DNA of 64,000 nt, taken from the NCBI GenBank assembly GCA_963731515.1, contig CAVSVU010000022.1, positions 979-64,978 of the forward strand, written 5' to 3'. Of this stretch, positions 27,598 through 36,804 are shown piece after piece (the first letter of the stretch is position 1; every line of letters begins with the position of its first letter). Both the position numbers and the translations under genes were made by a program. This DNA comes from an uncultured Actinomycetes bacterium. GTDB taxonomy: Bacteria; Actinomycetota; Thermoleophilia; Gaiellales; JAICJC01. Below the pieces are notes generated by a model that saw nothing but the letters and a program-made list of their open reading frames with translations, was not told where the DNA came from and searched no databases.

Positions 27598-28048
27598 ATG
27601 GTCATACGCCCAGCCCACTCAGGCGAGGGCGAGCGGCTGCGGGAGATCACGGCCGCGGCGAAGGGCCTCTGGGGCTACGACCCCGCGCGTGCGCGCGTGG
27701 GCGGCGGCGCTCGACCTCTCGCCGGATCGGCTCGCCGCCGCGCACGCGTTCGTCGCCGAGGTGGATGGAGGCGCGATCGGCTGGGCCGAGATCCTGCCGC
27801 CCGAGGTCGGCGTCTGCGTGCTCGAGCACCTGTGGGTCGAACCGGACCGGATCCGCCGCGGCGTGGGGTCGCAGCTCTTCCGCCACGCCGCCGGCCGCGC
27901 GCGTGCGCTCGGTGCGAGGGCAATGGAGTGGGAGGCCGAGCCGAATGCCCTCGGGTTCTACGCGCGGATGGGCGACCGCCCGCTGCGCACCGCCACCTCC
28001 GAGTGGGGCCGCGAGCTCTCGATCATGGGCGTGGCCCTGGTTCGGTGA
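27598..28048 (+). pseudogene. GNAT acetyltransferase with an internal frameshift near 27685-27690
   Basis: Frame 1 MVIRPAH...KGLWGYDPAR continues in frame 2 as VRAWAAALDL...LEHLWVEP..RRGVG..AEPNALGFY. Confidence 0.8.
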
Positions 28049-28141
28049 TCCAGGCCACGTCGCGAACGCCACTTGGCGGGTGAAGATGCCGCCGGGTGCG
28101 GCCCCGGAGGGGCGGGCCGCCACGACGCACGGAGGTGTGAG

Positions 28142-29770
28142 ATGCGAGGCAGGTACGTCGCCGTCCTCCTGACGGCGGCCATCGGCGTGCTCGGATCGAG
28201 CCAGGCGGCGATCGGGTCGAGCGGGCACGACGAATACGGCCAGGTGTGCGAGGCCGCGAAGGTCATGTGCCAGGACCCGATGGTGACGGCGCCCGGCCAC
28301 TACATCGGCCACGACGAGCCGTCGGTCGGCTTCGAGTCGAGCCGGCCCGGGTCGGGCAACGACGTCACCTACACGGTGCGCCTCCCCAAGAACCCGCCCA
28401 CGCTGCCGCAGCAGAACCAGAAGGGCGGCACGTGGGACTTCATGCTGCGGCCGACGTTCTGGCTCGGCATGGTGCTGTGCGACTCCCAGTCGGCGCCTGA
28501 CTTCACCCACAAGTGCACGCCGGACTCCGACGCGAACAACAAGGTGAGCCCGCACCCGAGCTCGCCGAACTACATCGGCAAGCACCCGGGCAACGCCTTC
28601 ATGGAGGTGCAGTGGTACTCGCCCGGCTATGTGCCGCAGTTCGACGGCTTCGGCTGCACGGCGACGCAGTACTGCGCGGCCCTCACGATCGACAGCTTCC
28701 CGTTCAACCAGAACACGGGCAAGTTCAACAACAACGACTGCAACAACTTCCCGCTCGCAGGCGAGGAGCCGATCAACTGGGCGTACGTCACGCGCAGCGG
28801 CAAGTCGCAGGCGCCGGCGAACCCGCTCGCGACGTCACGCGATCTGCTTGACGACGGCGTCGCCAAGGCGCTCAACCCCGACCCGTCGGTCGACCTGATG
28901 ATGAACCCCGGCGACACGATCCGGGTGCACATCCACGACACGCCTGGCGGCGTGCGGGTCGACATGCACGACCTCACGACGGGCAAGAGCGGGTCGATGA
29001 CGGCCAGCAAGCGCAACGGCTTCGGCCAGGTCCTGTTCCAGCCGAACTCGGCCAAATGCCACGAGCGGCCGTACGCGTTCCACCCCATGTACAACACCGC
29101 CGTCTCGCGCGGCAACACGTGGGCGCAGCACGCCAACAACCTGGCGTTCTCGGACGAGATCGGTCACTTCGAGTACTGCGACGCGATCGACGCCGAGGGC
29201 GGCAACTGCACGAAGCCCGCCCCGCCCGATACGACGCTCGACGCTGACGACGCGTTCTGCTTCGACGGGGCCGCCTCGACCCTGGTGCAGCTGACCAGCT
29301 GCTTCGCGGGGGCGGGCGACTTCGACTGGGACGGCACCTCCTACCAGCGTGATTGGCCGGGGACGCTTGCGAACCGGCACCTCGACCGCAGTCTGCACGA
29401 GACGCCGCTCATGATCTCGAGCCCGATGACCCGCGGGCACAACTACCGCCGGGCGCTGTTCGAGGTGAACCTGCCGGGCAACGAGACGCCCGACGTCGGC
29501 GGCGTCTGCGACACCAGCACCGGCGAGGGCTGCACGCTGCCCGCACCGGGCACGGCGTTCTACCCGATCTGGACGACCCGCATGGTCGGCGGGAAGTGCA
29601 CGTTCCAGCAGGGCGGCGACCTGATGCCGCACCGGCGGGACTTCGGCGGCAACGTCAAGACCGAGTACGGCCACCTCTTCCGGATGGTCTTCCCGGGCAC
29701 CGGCTTCCAGCCGGAGGTCAGGTTCGAGAACTTCCGGCGCACGCTCCGGGGCAACCCCTGCCCCGCATAG
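28142..29770 (+). CDS. Large secreted Cys-rich hypothetical protein
   Basis: GGAGG RBS, signal peptide, strong codon bias, 16 Cys; no family recognised. Confidence 0.85.
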   Translation: MRGRYVAVLLTAAIGVLGSSQAAIGSSGHDEYGQVCEAAKVMCQDPMVTAPGHYIGHDEPSVGFESSRPGSGNDVTYTVRLPKNPPTLPQQNQKGGTWDFMLRPTFWLGMVLCDSQSAPDFTHKCTPDSDANNKVSPHPSSPNYIGKHPGNAFMEVQWYSPGYVPQFDGFGCTATQYCAALTIDSFPFNQNTGKFNNNDCNNFPLAGEEPINWAYVTRSGKSQAPANPLATSRDLLDDGVAKALNPDPSVDLMMNPGDTIRVHIHDTPGGVRVDMHDLTTGKSGSMTASKRNGFGQVLFQPNSAKCHERPYAFHPMYNTAVSRGNTWAQHANNLAFSDEIGHFEYCDAIDAEGGNCTKPAPPDTTLDADDAFCFDGAASTLVQLTSCFAGAGDFDWDGTSYQRDWPGTLANRHLDRSLHETPLMISSPMTRGHNYRRALFEVNLPGNETPDVGGVCDTSTGEGCTLPAPGTAFYPIWTTRMVGGKCTFQQGGDLMPHRRDFGGNVKTEYGHLFRMVFPGTGFQPEVRFENFRRTLRGNPCPA

Positions 29771-29788
29771 CGCGCGGCTGACCGAGCA

Positions 29789-29820
29789 CGGCGGGTGGGC
29801 GGGCGACCGTCCACCCGCCG
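29789..29820. terminator. Hairpin between convergent genes
   Basis: CGGCGGGTGGGCGG-GCGA-CCGTCCACCCGCCG. Confidence 0.6.
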
Positions 29821-29839
29821 GAGCTCATGCGTCGATCGG

Positions 29840-30916
29840 CTAGCGGCGAAGGCGGCCGATGCGCTCGTTCGCGCCCGACGCCCAGCATGAGCCGCGCGGC
29901 GTGCAGACGACAGCGTCGAAGCTGCCGCGGTCGAACCGCGTCCAGGAGAACCCGCCGTCGGTCGAGATGTCGCTGCCGGTCAGCCCGACGGCGAGCGCCG
30001 TCCCCGCGGTGTGCGGAATCCAGGTCGCGCCCGAGCGGTATGCGCCCGGTGCGGCGCCGGCGCCGACGAGCGTCCAGGTGCGGCCGCCGTCCGCGGTCAG
30101 TGCGAGCGACCGCGGAGCCGTGGCCGGATTCGCGAAGTCGCCGCCGATGGCGAGGCCCTGCAGGCTGTTGCGGAACGCGACGGCGAAGATGCCGGAGCTG
30201 TCGCCGCTGGCGATGGGCGTCTGCGAGACCTTCCAGTGGTGGCCGCCGTCGGTCGAGCGGTACACGCGCCCGCCCTCCGAGCCGCCGCTGCCGAACCAGG
30301 CGTCGTGCCGGCCCGACGTGGTGATGCACTCGTTCGAGGCGGCGAAGCCGAACTCGTTGGGCGAGTTGGCGGCCGGGACGTTCGCGGCCGGGTCGACGTG
30401 CCAGCTGCGGCCGCCGTTGGCCGTGATCAGCACGCGGAAGCGCCCGTTGACCGGGTCGCTCAGGATGAGCCCGTGGCTGCGGTCGAAGAACGCCATGCAG
30501 TCGTAGAACGCCTGCGGATTCGTGTTGCGGTTCGTGATCCGCCAGTGGCGGCCGCCGTCGGACGTGAGGTAGGTGCGGAAGTCGCCGGGGTGGTCGCCGA
30601 TCGACATGAGGACGGCGTGGCGGGCGTCGAAGGCCTTGAGGCCGCGGAACTCGAGCGCGCTCGTGCCGGCGGGCCCGACGCTCTTCCACGAGCGACCGCC
30701 GTTGGTCGTGCGCAGCACGGTGCCGTCGCTGCCGCTGGCCCAGACGACGTGCCGCGAGACCGGGCTGATCGCGCGCAGATCGGCGCTGCCGCCGTGGTGG
30801 ACGACGCGCCAGGACGGCGCGTGGTGGGCGTTCGCTGCCGCAGGCACCGCCGCGATCGCGATGAGCGCCAGTGTCGCCACCGCGCCGAACCGCCCCCTCG
30901 TTGGCAGCCTCCGCAT
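29840..30916 (-). CDS. Secreted BNR/Asp-box beta-propeller (Ycf48/sialidase-like)
   Basis: Repeated TxDGGxxW boxes; signal peptide; TATGAT-N7-ATG. Confidence 0.88.
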   Translation of the reverse strand: MRRLPTRGRFGAVATLALIAIAAVPAAANAHHAPSWRVVHHGGSADLRAISPVSRHVVWASGSDGTVLRTTNGGRSWKSVGPAGTSALEFRGLKAFDARHAVLMSIGDHPGDFRTYLTSDGGRHWRITNRNTNPQAFYDCMAFFDRSHGLILSDPVNGRFRVLITANGGRSWHVDPAANVPAANSPNEFGFAASNECITTSGRHDAWFGSGGSEGGRVYRSTDGGHHWKVSQTPIASGDSSGIFAVAFRNSLQGLAIGGDFANPATAPRSLALTADGGRTWTLVGAGAAPGAYRSGATWIPHTAGTALAVGLTGSDISTDGGFSWTRFDRGSFDAVVCTPRGSCWASGANERIGRLRR

Positions 30917-30978
30917 GGGCGAGATCATACCCTCACTTCGATCTCGATAGTCACCCCCGGCGGTCTAGAGTTTTCCCC

Positions 30979-31395
30979 GTGGCACACCGCGTCACGACGA
31001 TCGACGCGCTCGGCCCCGGGGTCTTCCGCAAGCTGCGGCACGAGCTGGGCGTGACGGCGTTCGGCCTGAACGCGATCGTGCTCCCGCCCGGCACCGAGTG
31101 GTTCAACCACTTCCACCACCGTCAGGACGAGGTCTACTTCGTCCACGGCGGGACGGCCGGGTTCGAGGTCGAGGGCGAGTCGTTCGAGCTCGGCCCGGGC
31201 GGCGCCGTCCACGTCGAGACGACGACGCCCAGGCGCTTCTGGAACGCCGGCGACGACGAGCTCGTGCTCCTCGCGATCGGCGGCCGCGACGGCTACGTGG
31301 AGCGCGACGGCGAGATGGTCGACCCCGCCGATGTGGAGCGGCGGCGGCGGTTCTCGGACGGGGATCTCGATGCGATCCGCAGGCGGGAGGCGTGA
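30979..31395 (+). CDS. Cupin domain protein
   Basis: LRHELGVTAFGLN, HFHHRQDEVYFVHGG; TAGAGT-N7-GTG. Confidence 0.87.
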   Translation: MAHRVTTIDALGPGVFRKLRHELGVTAFGLNAIVLPPGTEWFNHFHHRQDEVYFVHGGTAGFEVEGESFELGPGGAVHVETTTPRRFWNAGDDELVLLAIGGRDGYVERDGEMVDPADVERRRRFSDGDLDAIRRREA

Positions 31396-31480
31396 GTGTC
31401 CCCCGACGCTGACCTCTCCGTCGCCGTTGCCGACGACGACGCGTTTCCGGAGGTCATGGCGCAGGAGTAGGATCCGGCTC

Positions 31481-31852
31481 GTGACCGCCGTCTCGTGGAA
31501 GATGATCCAGCACGGGTGGGCGGTCCATGCGAGCGACGGTGAGCGTGTCGGCGTCGTCTTCCTCGTCGTGGGCGACGAGAACGAGGACATCTTCGACGGG
31601 CTCGCGATCACCCAGCACACAGGCTTCGCGTTCCACAACTACGCCGACCGTCCCCACTACATCGAGGCGGCGAAGGTGGGAGAGATCGACGACTCCGGAC
31701 GCGTGAACCTCACGATCACGGCGGACGAGTGCTGCCATCTGCCTGTGCACGACCCGCCCGAGAGCGCCGAGATCATCCCGGAGAAGGCGTCGCTCATCGA
31801 CCGGGCGCGCAGTGAGATCGAGCACCTCACCGGCGAGGATCGCACCAACTGA
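31481..31852 (+). CDS. Hypothetical protein, PRC-barrel/DUF2171-like
   Basis: VSWKMIQHGWAVHASDGERVG..GDENEDIFDGLA; TAGGAT-N7-GTG. Confidence 0.75.
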   Translation: MTAVSWKMIQHGWAVHASDGERVGVVFLVVGDENEDIFDGLAITQHTGFAFHNYADRPHYIEAAKVGEIDDSGRVNLTITADECCHLPVHDPPESAEIIPEKASLIDRARSEIEHLTGEDRTN

Positions 31853-31955
31853 CCCGAGCGCAGTTGGGGGTTAATCCCCATTGAGGCAGCGGCGGCAGCA
31901 GGCGTAGGCTCGCTGCGCCTCCCACGGTGTGCGGACGCCGGGGTGGTCTAGACAT

Positions 31956-32000
31956 GAAGGCCGCCGGCCCGCGAGGGAGCGCCTCGAGCCGGCGGCCTTC
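31956..32000. terminator. Strong hairpin at the left edge of the stress island
   Basis: GAAGGCCGCCGGC ... GCCGGCGGCCTTC 13-bp stem plus inner CGAGG/CCTCG stem. Confidence 0.6.
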
Positions 32001-32018
32001 GTCTGGAGCGGGGTGGGG

Positions 32019-32219
32019 TCACCTGCGGCCGCGCGACGCGCACAGCTTGCACGGGCGCAGGTTCGACATCGCGGCGGCCTGCTCGACGTCGATCGCGGCC
32101 AGGGACTCGGCCCGGGAAAGGCAGCCCTCGGTCCAGTGATACGGCCCGCGATCTCCGCGCACGATGCATTCGACGCGCGCCCACACCTTGCGGGAATTCG
32201 GTCGATGCCCGTTCGCCAT
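32019..32219 (-). CDS. Small putative Zn-binding protein (YHxxxxC...RPCKLC)
   Basis: H-C-CxxC pattern like Ada-type metal-binding modules; GGGTAT-N9-ATG upstream; hairpin downstream. Confidence 0.55.
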   Translation of the reverse strand: MANGHRPNSRKVWARVECIVRGDRGPYHWTEGCLSRAESLAAIDVEQAAAMSNLRPCKLCASRGRR

Positions 32220-32448
32220 TCCCGCCGGATACCCGGGGCGGGTGGTGGTTTACGCCAAGTGCTAGGTGGGGCACTCGGGTGTGGCGGCTTCGGTCCCTTC
32301 GGCAGGAGGAGCGGATCGAAGCCGCACTCACCCTCGGATGGATCCACGGAATCGTCCCGATGGGATGATCCCCGGGGAGCCTCGGCGCCGGAGAGTGGGC
32401 GTCCGAGGACGCGTCACGGGACGCGAGTGGGGGGAAGGGATACCTGGG

Positions 32449-32940
32449 ATGTTCGGCGTCGCGCTCACGCCTGCGGGTGTGAGGGATGACCTCGTGGCGT
32501 ACTGCGAGGATGCTGCGGAGTGGCGGTTGCACAGGGCTGCCGAGTGCTCGTCGAATGGGCGCAATCTGGCGGCGGTCGATGCCCTCGAGGCGGCGGCCGA
32601 GAGCATCGCGGAGCTGCCCGATGACGATCCGGCGCTGACCCGGCTGGCGTCGGTGTATGACCAACTCGGCGACGACCAGCGCGCGCTTGCGTTCACCGAA
32701 CAGCGGCGGGTGGTGAAACGGCATGGCTGGGACGGGCCCGCGACGCCAGGCGCACTCCTCGCCCGAGTCACCCGACACGCCGAGGCGATCCTCGAGAACC
32801 GGCTCGAGCTCCCTGGAGGGAATCGGGCCGCCCTCCAGCTCGTCTCCGTCGCGTCCGGCCAGACCGCCGATCGCGCTCCGGGCGCCGCCGGGGCGACGAC
32901 GCCGTTGGCACCGACCGGGACGAGCGCGGCGCCGCGCTGA
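32449..32940 (+). CDS. Hypothetical helical protein
   Basis: Protein-like composition (AEWRLHRAAE...LPDDDPALTRL); purine-rich RBS; start uncertain. Confidence 0.6.
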   Translation: MFGVALTPAGVRDDLVAYCEDAAEWRLHRAAECSSNGRNLAAVDALEAAAESIAELPDDDPALTRLASVYDQLGDDQRALAFTEQRRVVKRHGWDGPATPGALLARVTRHAEAILENRLELPGGNRAALQLVSVASGQTADRAPGAAGATTPLAPTGTSAAPR

Positions 32941-32948
32941 CGCGATCC

Positions 32949-33608
32949 GTGGCGGCTGACCAGAAGGAGCGGGGAGAGAGGCGCTGGCCGATGGCCGCCG
33001 CCGTGCTTCTCGCCGGGGTGCTGCGGACAGCCCTCCCGTCCCAGCTCAGGGTGAATGACGCCCGCTGGCTCTTTCTCGTGCTGCTCGCCGTCCTCGTCAT
33101 CGTGCTGATCGTCGGCGACCCCGGCCGGATCGATCGTCAGGCGAGGTGGCTGCGGAACCTGACCGGCGCGCTCATCGGCCTGATCACCATCGTCAACGGC
33201 GGCTCGTCGGTGAAGCTCGTGATCAGCATCGTCTACAGCGAGCCCTTCACCCAGACCGCCCGCGTGCTGCTGGCCTGCGGCGGCATCATCTGGCTGACGA
33301 ACGTGATCGCGTTCGGCCTGTGGTACTGGGATCTCGACCGCGGCGGCCCGGCCGCCCGGGCGGCGGGATCGACGATCCGGCCGGCGTTTCTCTTCCCCGA
33401 GATGTCCGTCCCGGAGCACGTTCGCGAGGGCTGGTACCCGACGTTCGTCGACTACCTGCACCTGTCCTTCAACACCGCGATGGCCTTCAGTCCGACGGAC
33501 GTCTCGGCGATCAAGCCGTGGGCGAAGGTGATGATGATGGCCGAGGAGGCCGTCTCGGTGACCGTCGGCGTCCTCGTCGTCGCGCGAGCCGTCAACATCC
33601 TGTCCTAG
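32949..33608 (+). CDS. DUF1345-like membrane protein
   Basis: IWLTNVIAFGLWYWDLDRGGP, FLFP, WYPTFVDYLHLSF..AFSPTD. Confidence 0.85.
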   Translation: MAADQKERGERRWPMAAAVLLAGVLRTALPSQLRVNDARWLFLVLLAVLVIVLIVGDPGRIDRQARWLRNLTGALIGLITIVNGGSSVKLVISIVYSEPFTQTARVLLACGGIIWLTNVIAFGLWYWDLDRGGPAARAAGSTIRPAFLFPEMSVPEHVREGWYPTFVDYLHLSFNTAMAFSPTDVSAIKPWAKVMMMAEEAVSVTVGVLVVARAVNILS

Positions 33609-33647
33609 GCCGTTGCCGATCGCGGGTCCGCGCGTATCATTGGTCAC

Positions 33648-33905
33648 ATGCAGGATTCGCGAAGGACAGTGCTCCGCTGGATCGGCACGGTGATGGGCCT
33701 GGCGCTGATCGCGCTTGGTGTGCACATGGGTCTGATCCATGGGTCGCTCGGCTGCCGGCCCTCCGGGACGGGGCAGGCCTACGTCTGCAGCGGTCACCCG
33801 CCAAACCACCCGCACGCCGTGCTCGGAATCCTGGTCGGCGCGGTCGGGCTGGCAGTCCTGGTCGGATCTCGCCGCTACCTCTCGTACTACGGTCGGGCCG
33901 AGTAG
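33648..33905 (+). CDS. Small two-TM membrane protein
   Basis: Two hydrophobic helices flanking a Cys-pair loop; TATCAT-N7-ATG. Confidence 0.6.
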   Translation: MQDSRRTVLRWIGTVMGLALIALGVHMGLIHGSLGCRPSGTGQAYVCSGHPPNHPHAVLGILVGAVGLAVLVGSRRYLSYYGRAE

Positions 33906-33997
33906 GTAGTGCCGGCGACGTAACGCGACGTGCGCGCCTGGCCGGTGACGGCACCCTCGCGGGGCAGGACTGACGGCACCGCCTGCGAAATTCGACC

Positions 33998-34438
33998 GTG
34001 ATGACAAGCCAGACGCGTCTCGAGCGCCGGCTCGACCGGATGATCGCTCGCGCCCAGACCCCGCGAACGGCGGCACTTGTGATCGCCACGGTGACGATCA
34101 CGATCACCATTGCCGCCGGCGTGCTGATGACGATCGTCGACCACAAGGGTTTCCCGTCGGTCGGGTCGGGGCTCTGGTGGGCCGTCCAGACCGTGACGAC
34201 CGTCGGCTACGGCGATCACGTTCCCGAGACCGCCCCCGGCCAGATCATGGCTGCGATCGTGATGCTCCTCGGGATCGGATTCGTCACGGTGATTACCGCG
34301 TCGATCACCGGCGCTTTCGTGGCACGGACGCGCAAGGATGAGCGGGACGCGGGCGACGACCGTCCGTCTGGCGAGCAGTTCGACGAGGTCATCGAACGTC
34401 TGCGACGGATCGAAGCCGCCCTGACCCAGCGCCCATAG
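33998..34438 (+). CDS. Two-TM potassium channel (KcsA-like)
   Basis: LWWAVQTVTTVGYGD selectivity filter. Confidence 0.92.
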   Translation: MMTSQTRLERRLDRMIARAQTPRTAALVIATVTITITIAAGVLMTIVDHKGFPSVGSGLWWAVQTVTTVGYGDHVPETAPGQIMAAIVMLLGIGFVTVITASITGAFVARTRKDERDAGDDRPSGEQFDEVIERLRRIEAALTQRP

Positions 34439-34476
34439 TCACTCCTGAGCCGATGCCGACCTGTGTGGGCGGGGCC

Positions 34477-34504
34477 GGTTTGACGGTGTGGTGGTGACGG
34501 GCAT
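34477..34504 (+). promoter_or_regulatory. SigB/SigF-type promoter candidate
   Basis: GGTTT-N17-GGGCAT upstream of 34560. Confidence 0.45.
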
Positions 34505-34559
34505 GAGGTTCAGCGGCCGCAGGACGCGGCGCGGCGAGTGGCGTTTGGAGGCGAGACCG

Positions 34560-34931
34560 ATGACGGATCGAGAGAAGCACGAAGACGATGCCTCGGTGAA
34601 GCCGAGCGAACAGCGCGGCGGAGGCACGCCAGGCGACGAGGAAGCGCAGCGCAAAGGCCCGTGGGCGGCGAAGGCGGCGGACGGCGTCGTCCCCGCGGAA
34701 CTCGGTGGGTCGGACGCTCCGCCCGACATGCTGGGAGATGACCCCGAGCTCGGGAGTGAGGTGCTCGGCAGAACGACCGGATCGGACGAACCGGCGACTC
34801 GGGACGGCATCGACGTAAGCGATGGGGATGATGCTGACGCGACGAGCGACGGCGGCGCAGATGTTCCGGACGACGTCGAGCCTGACCTGAAGGATGCCGC
34901 GGCAACGCGCTTACGACGTGGCCCCGAGTGA
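34560..34931 (+). CDS. Acidic hydrophilic (hydrophilin-like) hypothetical protein
   Basis: GGAGG RBS; D/E/G-rich, probably disordered. Confidence 0.75.
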   Translation: MTDREKHEDDASVKPSEQRGGGTPGDEEAQRKGPWAAKAADGVVPAELGGSDAPPDMLGDDPELGSEVLGRTTGSDEPATRDGIDVSDGDDADATSDGGADVPDDVEPDLKDAAATRLRRGPE

Positions 34932-35003
34932 TCCGCAACCCCGAGGCGCGTCCGTTATCGACGTCCCGCACGTCGTCGGCGTTGGCGAGGCGCGGGCTGG
35001 GGC

Positions 35004-35165
35004 GTGGCGCAGTCCTCATCGGTGCTGGCGCACCGGGCCGAGCACTACGAGATCGCGGCGTGCGGTGCCGCCCGCGCCCTCGCTAGCCGGCGGGGGCGTT
35101 CCGACTCGCCCAAGTTTCCGTCGCAGGCGTGGACGAGAAGCCCGGCCGCCGACGACAAGGTGGTC
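35004..35165 (+). pseudogene. Degenerate YciF/DUF892 fragment
   Basis: AHRAEHYEIAACGAARALA...AADDKV resembles the YciF QxVEHYEIAxYG motif. Confidence 0.6.
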
Positions 35166-35359
35166 CAAAGGGGCGCGCGACGCCGTCCGAGCCTAGGCGG
35201 CGGTCGACTGCATCGCTGACGGAGCCGGCGACCAGCCCACAAAACCAGAGGATGAACCGCTACGCCGCGTCATACCGACGGCATCTGGGTGCCCGCTCGA
35301 CATGCGCGCCTTCGTCAGGACCAGTGCCGTCGGGTGTCCTGATCAGCGCAACAGGCTCA

Positions 35360-35415
35360 GGTTCACTCACCGAGCCCAGCACAGCCCGATCAAGAACTCC
35401 CTTTGCGTTCCCTTG
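35360..35415 (-). pseudogene. Universal stress protein (USP) C-terminal remnant
   Basis: GNAKGVLDRAVLGSVSE resembles the USP motif GxxGxxxxxRxxLGSVS. Confidence 0.45.
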
Positions 35416-35601
35416 TCGCCAGTCGGATTCGTCTCGTTCGGTCGAGTGGGCCGTCCGGCCGGCCACCCGCTCGGATGAGACCCCGACGTGGAGAGGGTCC
35501 GCCCCTTGGCGTCGGGTAGCTGTCATCTACCGCGAGTGTTCCGGGCGCAAGCGCGGCGGCGGCGATCGCCTCCAGATCGCGTGGAGGATTGAGGTGTGCC
35601 C

Positions 35602-35754
35602 TCAGACGGGCGTTTCGGGGTCGCCGTGGACGTCGCTCTGTTTGTCGGGTGATGTGGGCTGTTTGGGAGGGTTGGACTCTGGCGTCGCGCGAGCCTTGGT
35701 AGGCCCGACGGCCTTCGGCGGCGCCCCTTGGCCCTGGGTGGTATTCCTTGGCAT
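35602..35754 (-). CDS. 50-aa hydrophilic small protein (below ORF-track cutoff)
   Basis: GGAG RBS; MPRNTTQGQGAPPKAVGPTKARATPESNPPKQPTSPDKQSDVHGDPETPV-stop. Confidence 0.45.
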   Translation of the reverse strand: MPRNTTQGQGAPPKAVGPTKARATPESNPPKQPTSPDKQSDVHGDPETPV

Positions 35755-35780
35755 CGCTCTGCTCCCGTCGTGGTCATGGA

Positions 35781-35825
35781 CTGATTCGGCGGGCGCGTAT
35801 CCGAAGCCTGCGCCCGCCGAATCGG
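35781..35825 (-). terminator. Hairpin downstream of DUF892 copy 1
   Basis: GATTCGGCGGGCGC / GCGCCCGCCGAATC; homologous hairpin at 41428-41470. Confidence 0.6.
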
Positions 35826-35853
35826 CGATCCATGTCGTGCTGAGGCGTCTCTG

Positions 35854-36354
35854 TTACCGCGCGAAGACCGGGGCGTCGGCGAGGGTGAGGTCGAGGACGT
35901 GATCCCAGCTTGCGGCGATCTTGTCGGCCATGGCCTGCTCGTCGGCGCGGTTGTGGCGGGCGATCTCGGCGGTCTCGTGGTCGCCGGCGCGGATTGCCAG
36001 TCGCTCGAGCAGTTCGTATGCCGCGATCTCGATGTGCTCGGTGACGTAGCCGTCGCGGGCGTTCTTGGCGGGCTTGTCGCCGCGGACGCTGTCGATGACG
36101 GACTTGAGGGCGCCGCCGATCATCGTCTGGGCCTGCTTGCGGCCGGACGTGCCCTCACCGATCGCTTCCAGCCGGCGGGTGAGGCGGGCCTCGTGCTGCT
36201 CGGTCTCGGCGTGGTGGTGGCGAAGTAGCGCGAGTGTGGGCTCGTCGTCGGTGTTTTCGATCATCGAGTCGAGCATCTGCAGGACGTTCTGCTCCATGGC
36301 GTGGGTGTCCTGGATGTAGTCGACGAGCTTGTCGTGCAGTTCGGGGTTGGTCAT
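35854..36354 (-). CDS. DUF892 (YciE/YciF) ferritin-like protein, copy 1
   Basis: YIQDTHAMEQ, HHAETEQH, TEHIEIAAYELL, DEQAMA. Confidence 0.92.
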   Translation of the reverse strand: MTNPELHDKLVDYIQDTHAMEQNVLQMLDSMIENTDDEPTLALLRHHHAETEQHEARLTRRLEAIGEGTSGRKQAQTMIGGALKSVIDSVRGDKPAKNARDGYVTEHIEIAAYELLERLAIRAGDHETAEIARHNRADEQAMADKIAASWDHVLDLTLADAPVFAR

Positions 36355-36409
36355 TGGTTCCTCTCTGAGAGTTCGGTGCGCCGAGGGTTCGGCGCGCCGT
36401 TCTTGGTGA

Positions 36410-36667
36410 CTACGTGGTCGCGGGCCGGCGACCAGAGGTCTCGCGGGCGCCGAGCAGCTTCGGCAAGAGCACCAGCTCGTACACGGCCGCGAGGCCGACC
36501 AGGATGTAGATGATGCGGCTGGCGGCGTTGGTTTGGCCGAAGTCGAGTCCGCCGCAGATCCAGGCGACGAGGTCGAACTTGAAGAGTCCGATCAAGCCCC
36601 AGTTCAGGCCGCCAACAATGATCAGCAACCGGCACAGGCCGTCCAGCCCGTTTCGTGCGTTCAACAT
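36410..36667 (-). CDS. DUF378 family membrane protein
   Basis: LLIIVGGLNWGLIGLFKFDLVA...SRIIYILVGLAAVY. Confidence 0.92.
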   Translation of the reverse strand: MLNARNGLDGLCRLLIIVGGLNWGLIGLFKFDLVAWICGGLDFGQTNAASRIIYILVGLAAVYELVLLPKLLGARETSGRRPATT

Positions 36668-36804
36668 GAGTGTCCCTTCTCGCGTAGTGCGGTGGAGGTG
36701 GCAGTGGGTTCATCCCCAACCGCGCCACCTCATCACCTGGGTTTGGGAGGGGCGGGTGTCTGCTGGCGGTGACGCCCGGAGACACCCGCCCGGAGTGGTG
36801 TGGG

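Noticed and set aside
31871-31960. Cys-rich tail SCLDHPG...YACCRRC as a second Zn-finger gene
   Set aside because: The frame runs through a strong terminator-like hairpin and has no credible start or RBS
32303-32340. Possible degenerate att copy of the tRNA-Ser 3' end at the island's left edge
   Set aside because: Only patchy similarity (GGAGGAGCGGATCGAA...CCCTCGG); I found no convincing direct repeat, so the island boundary is inferred from content only
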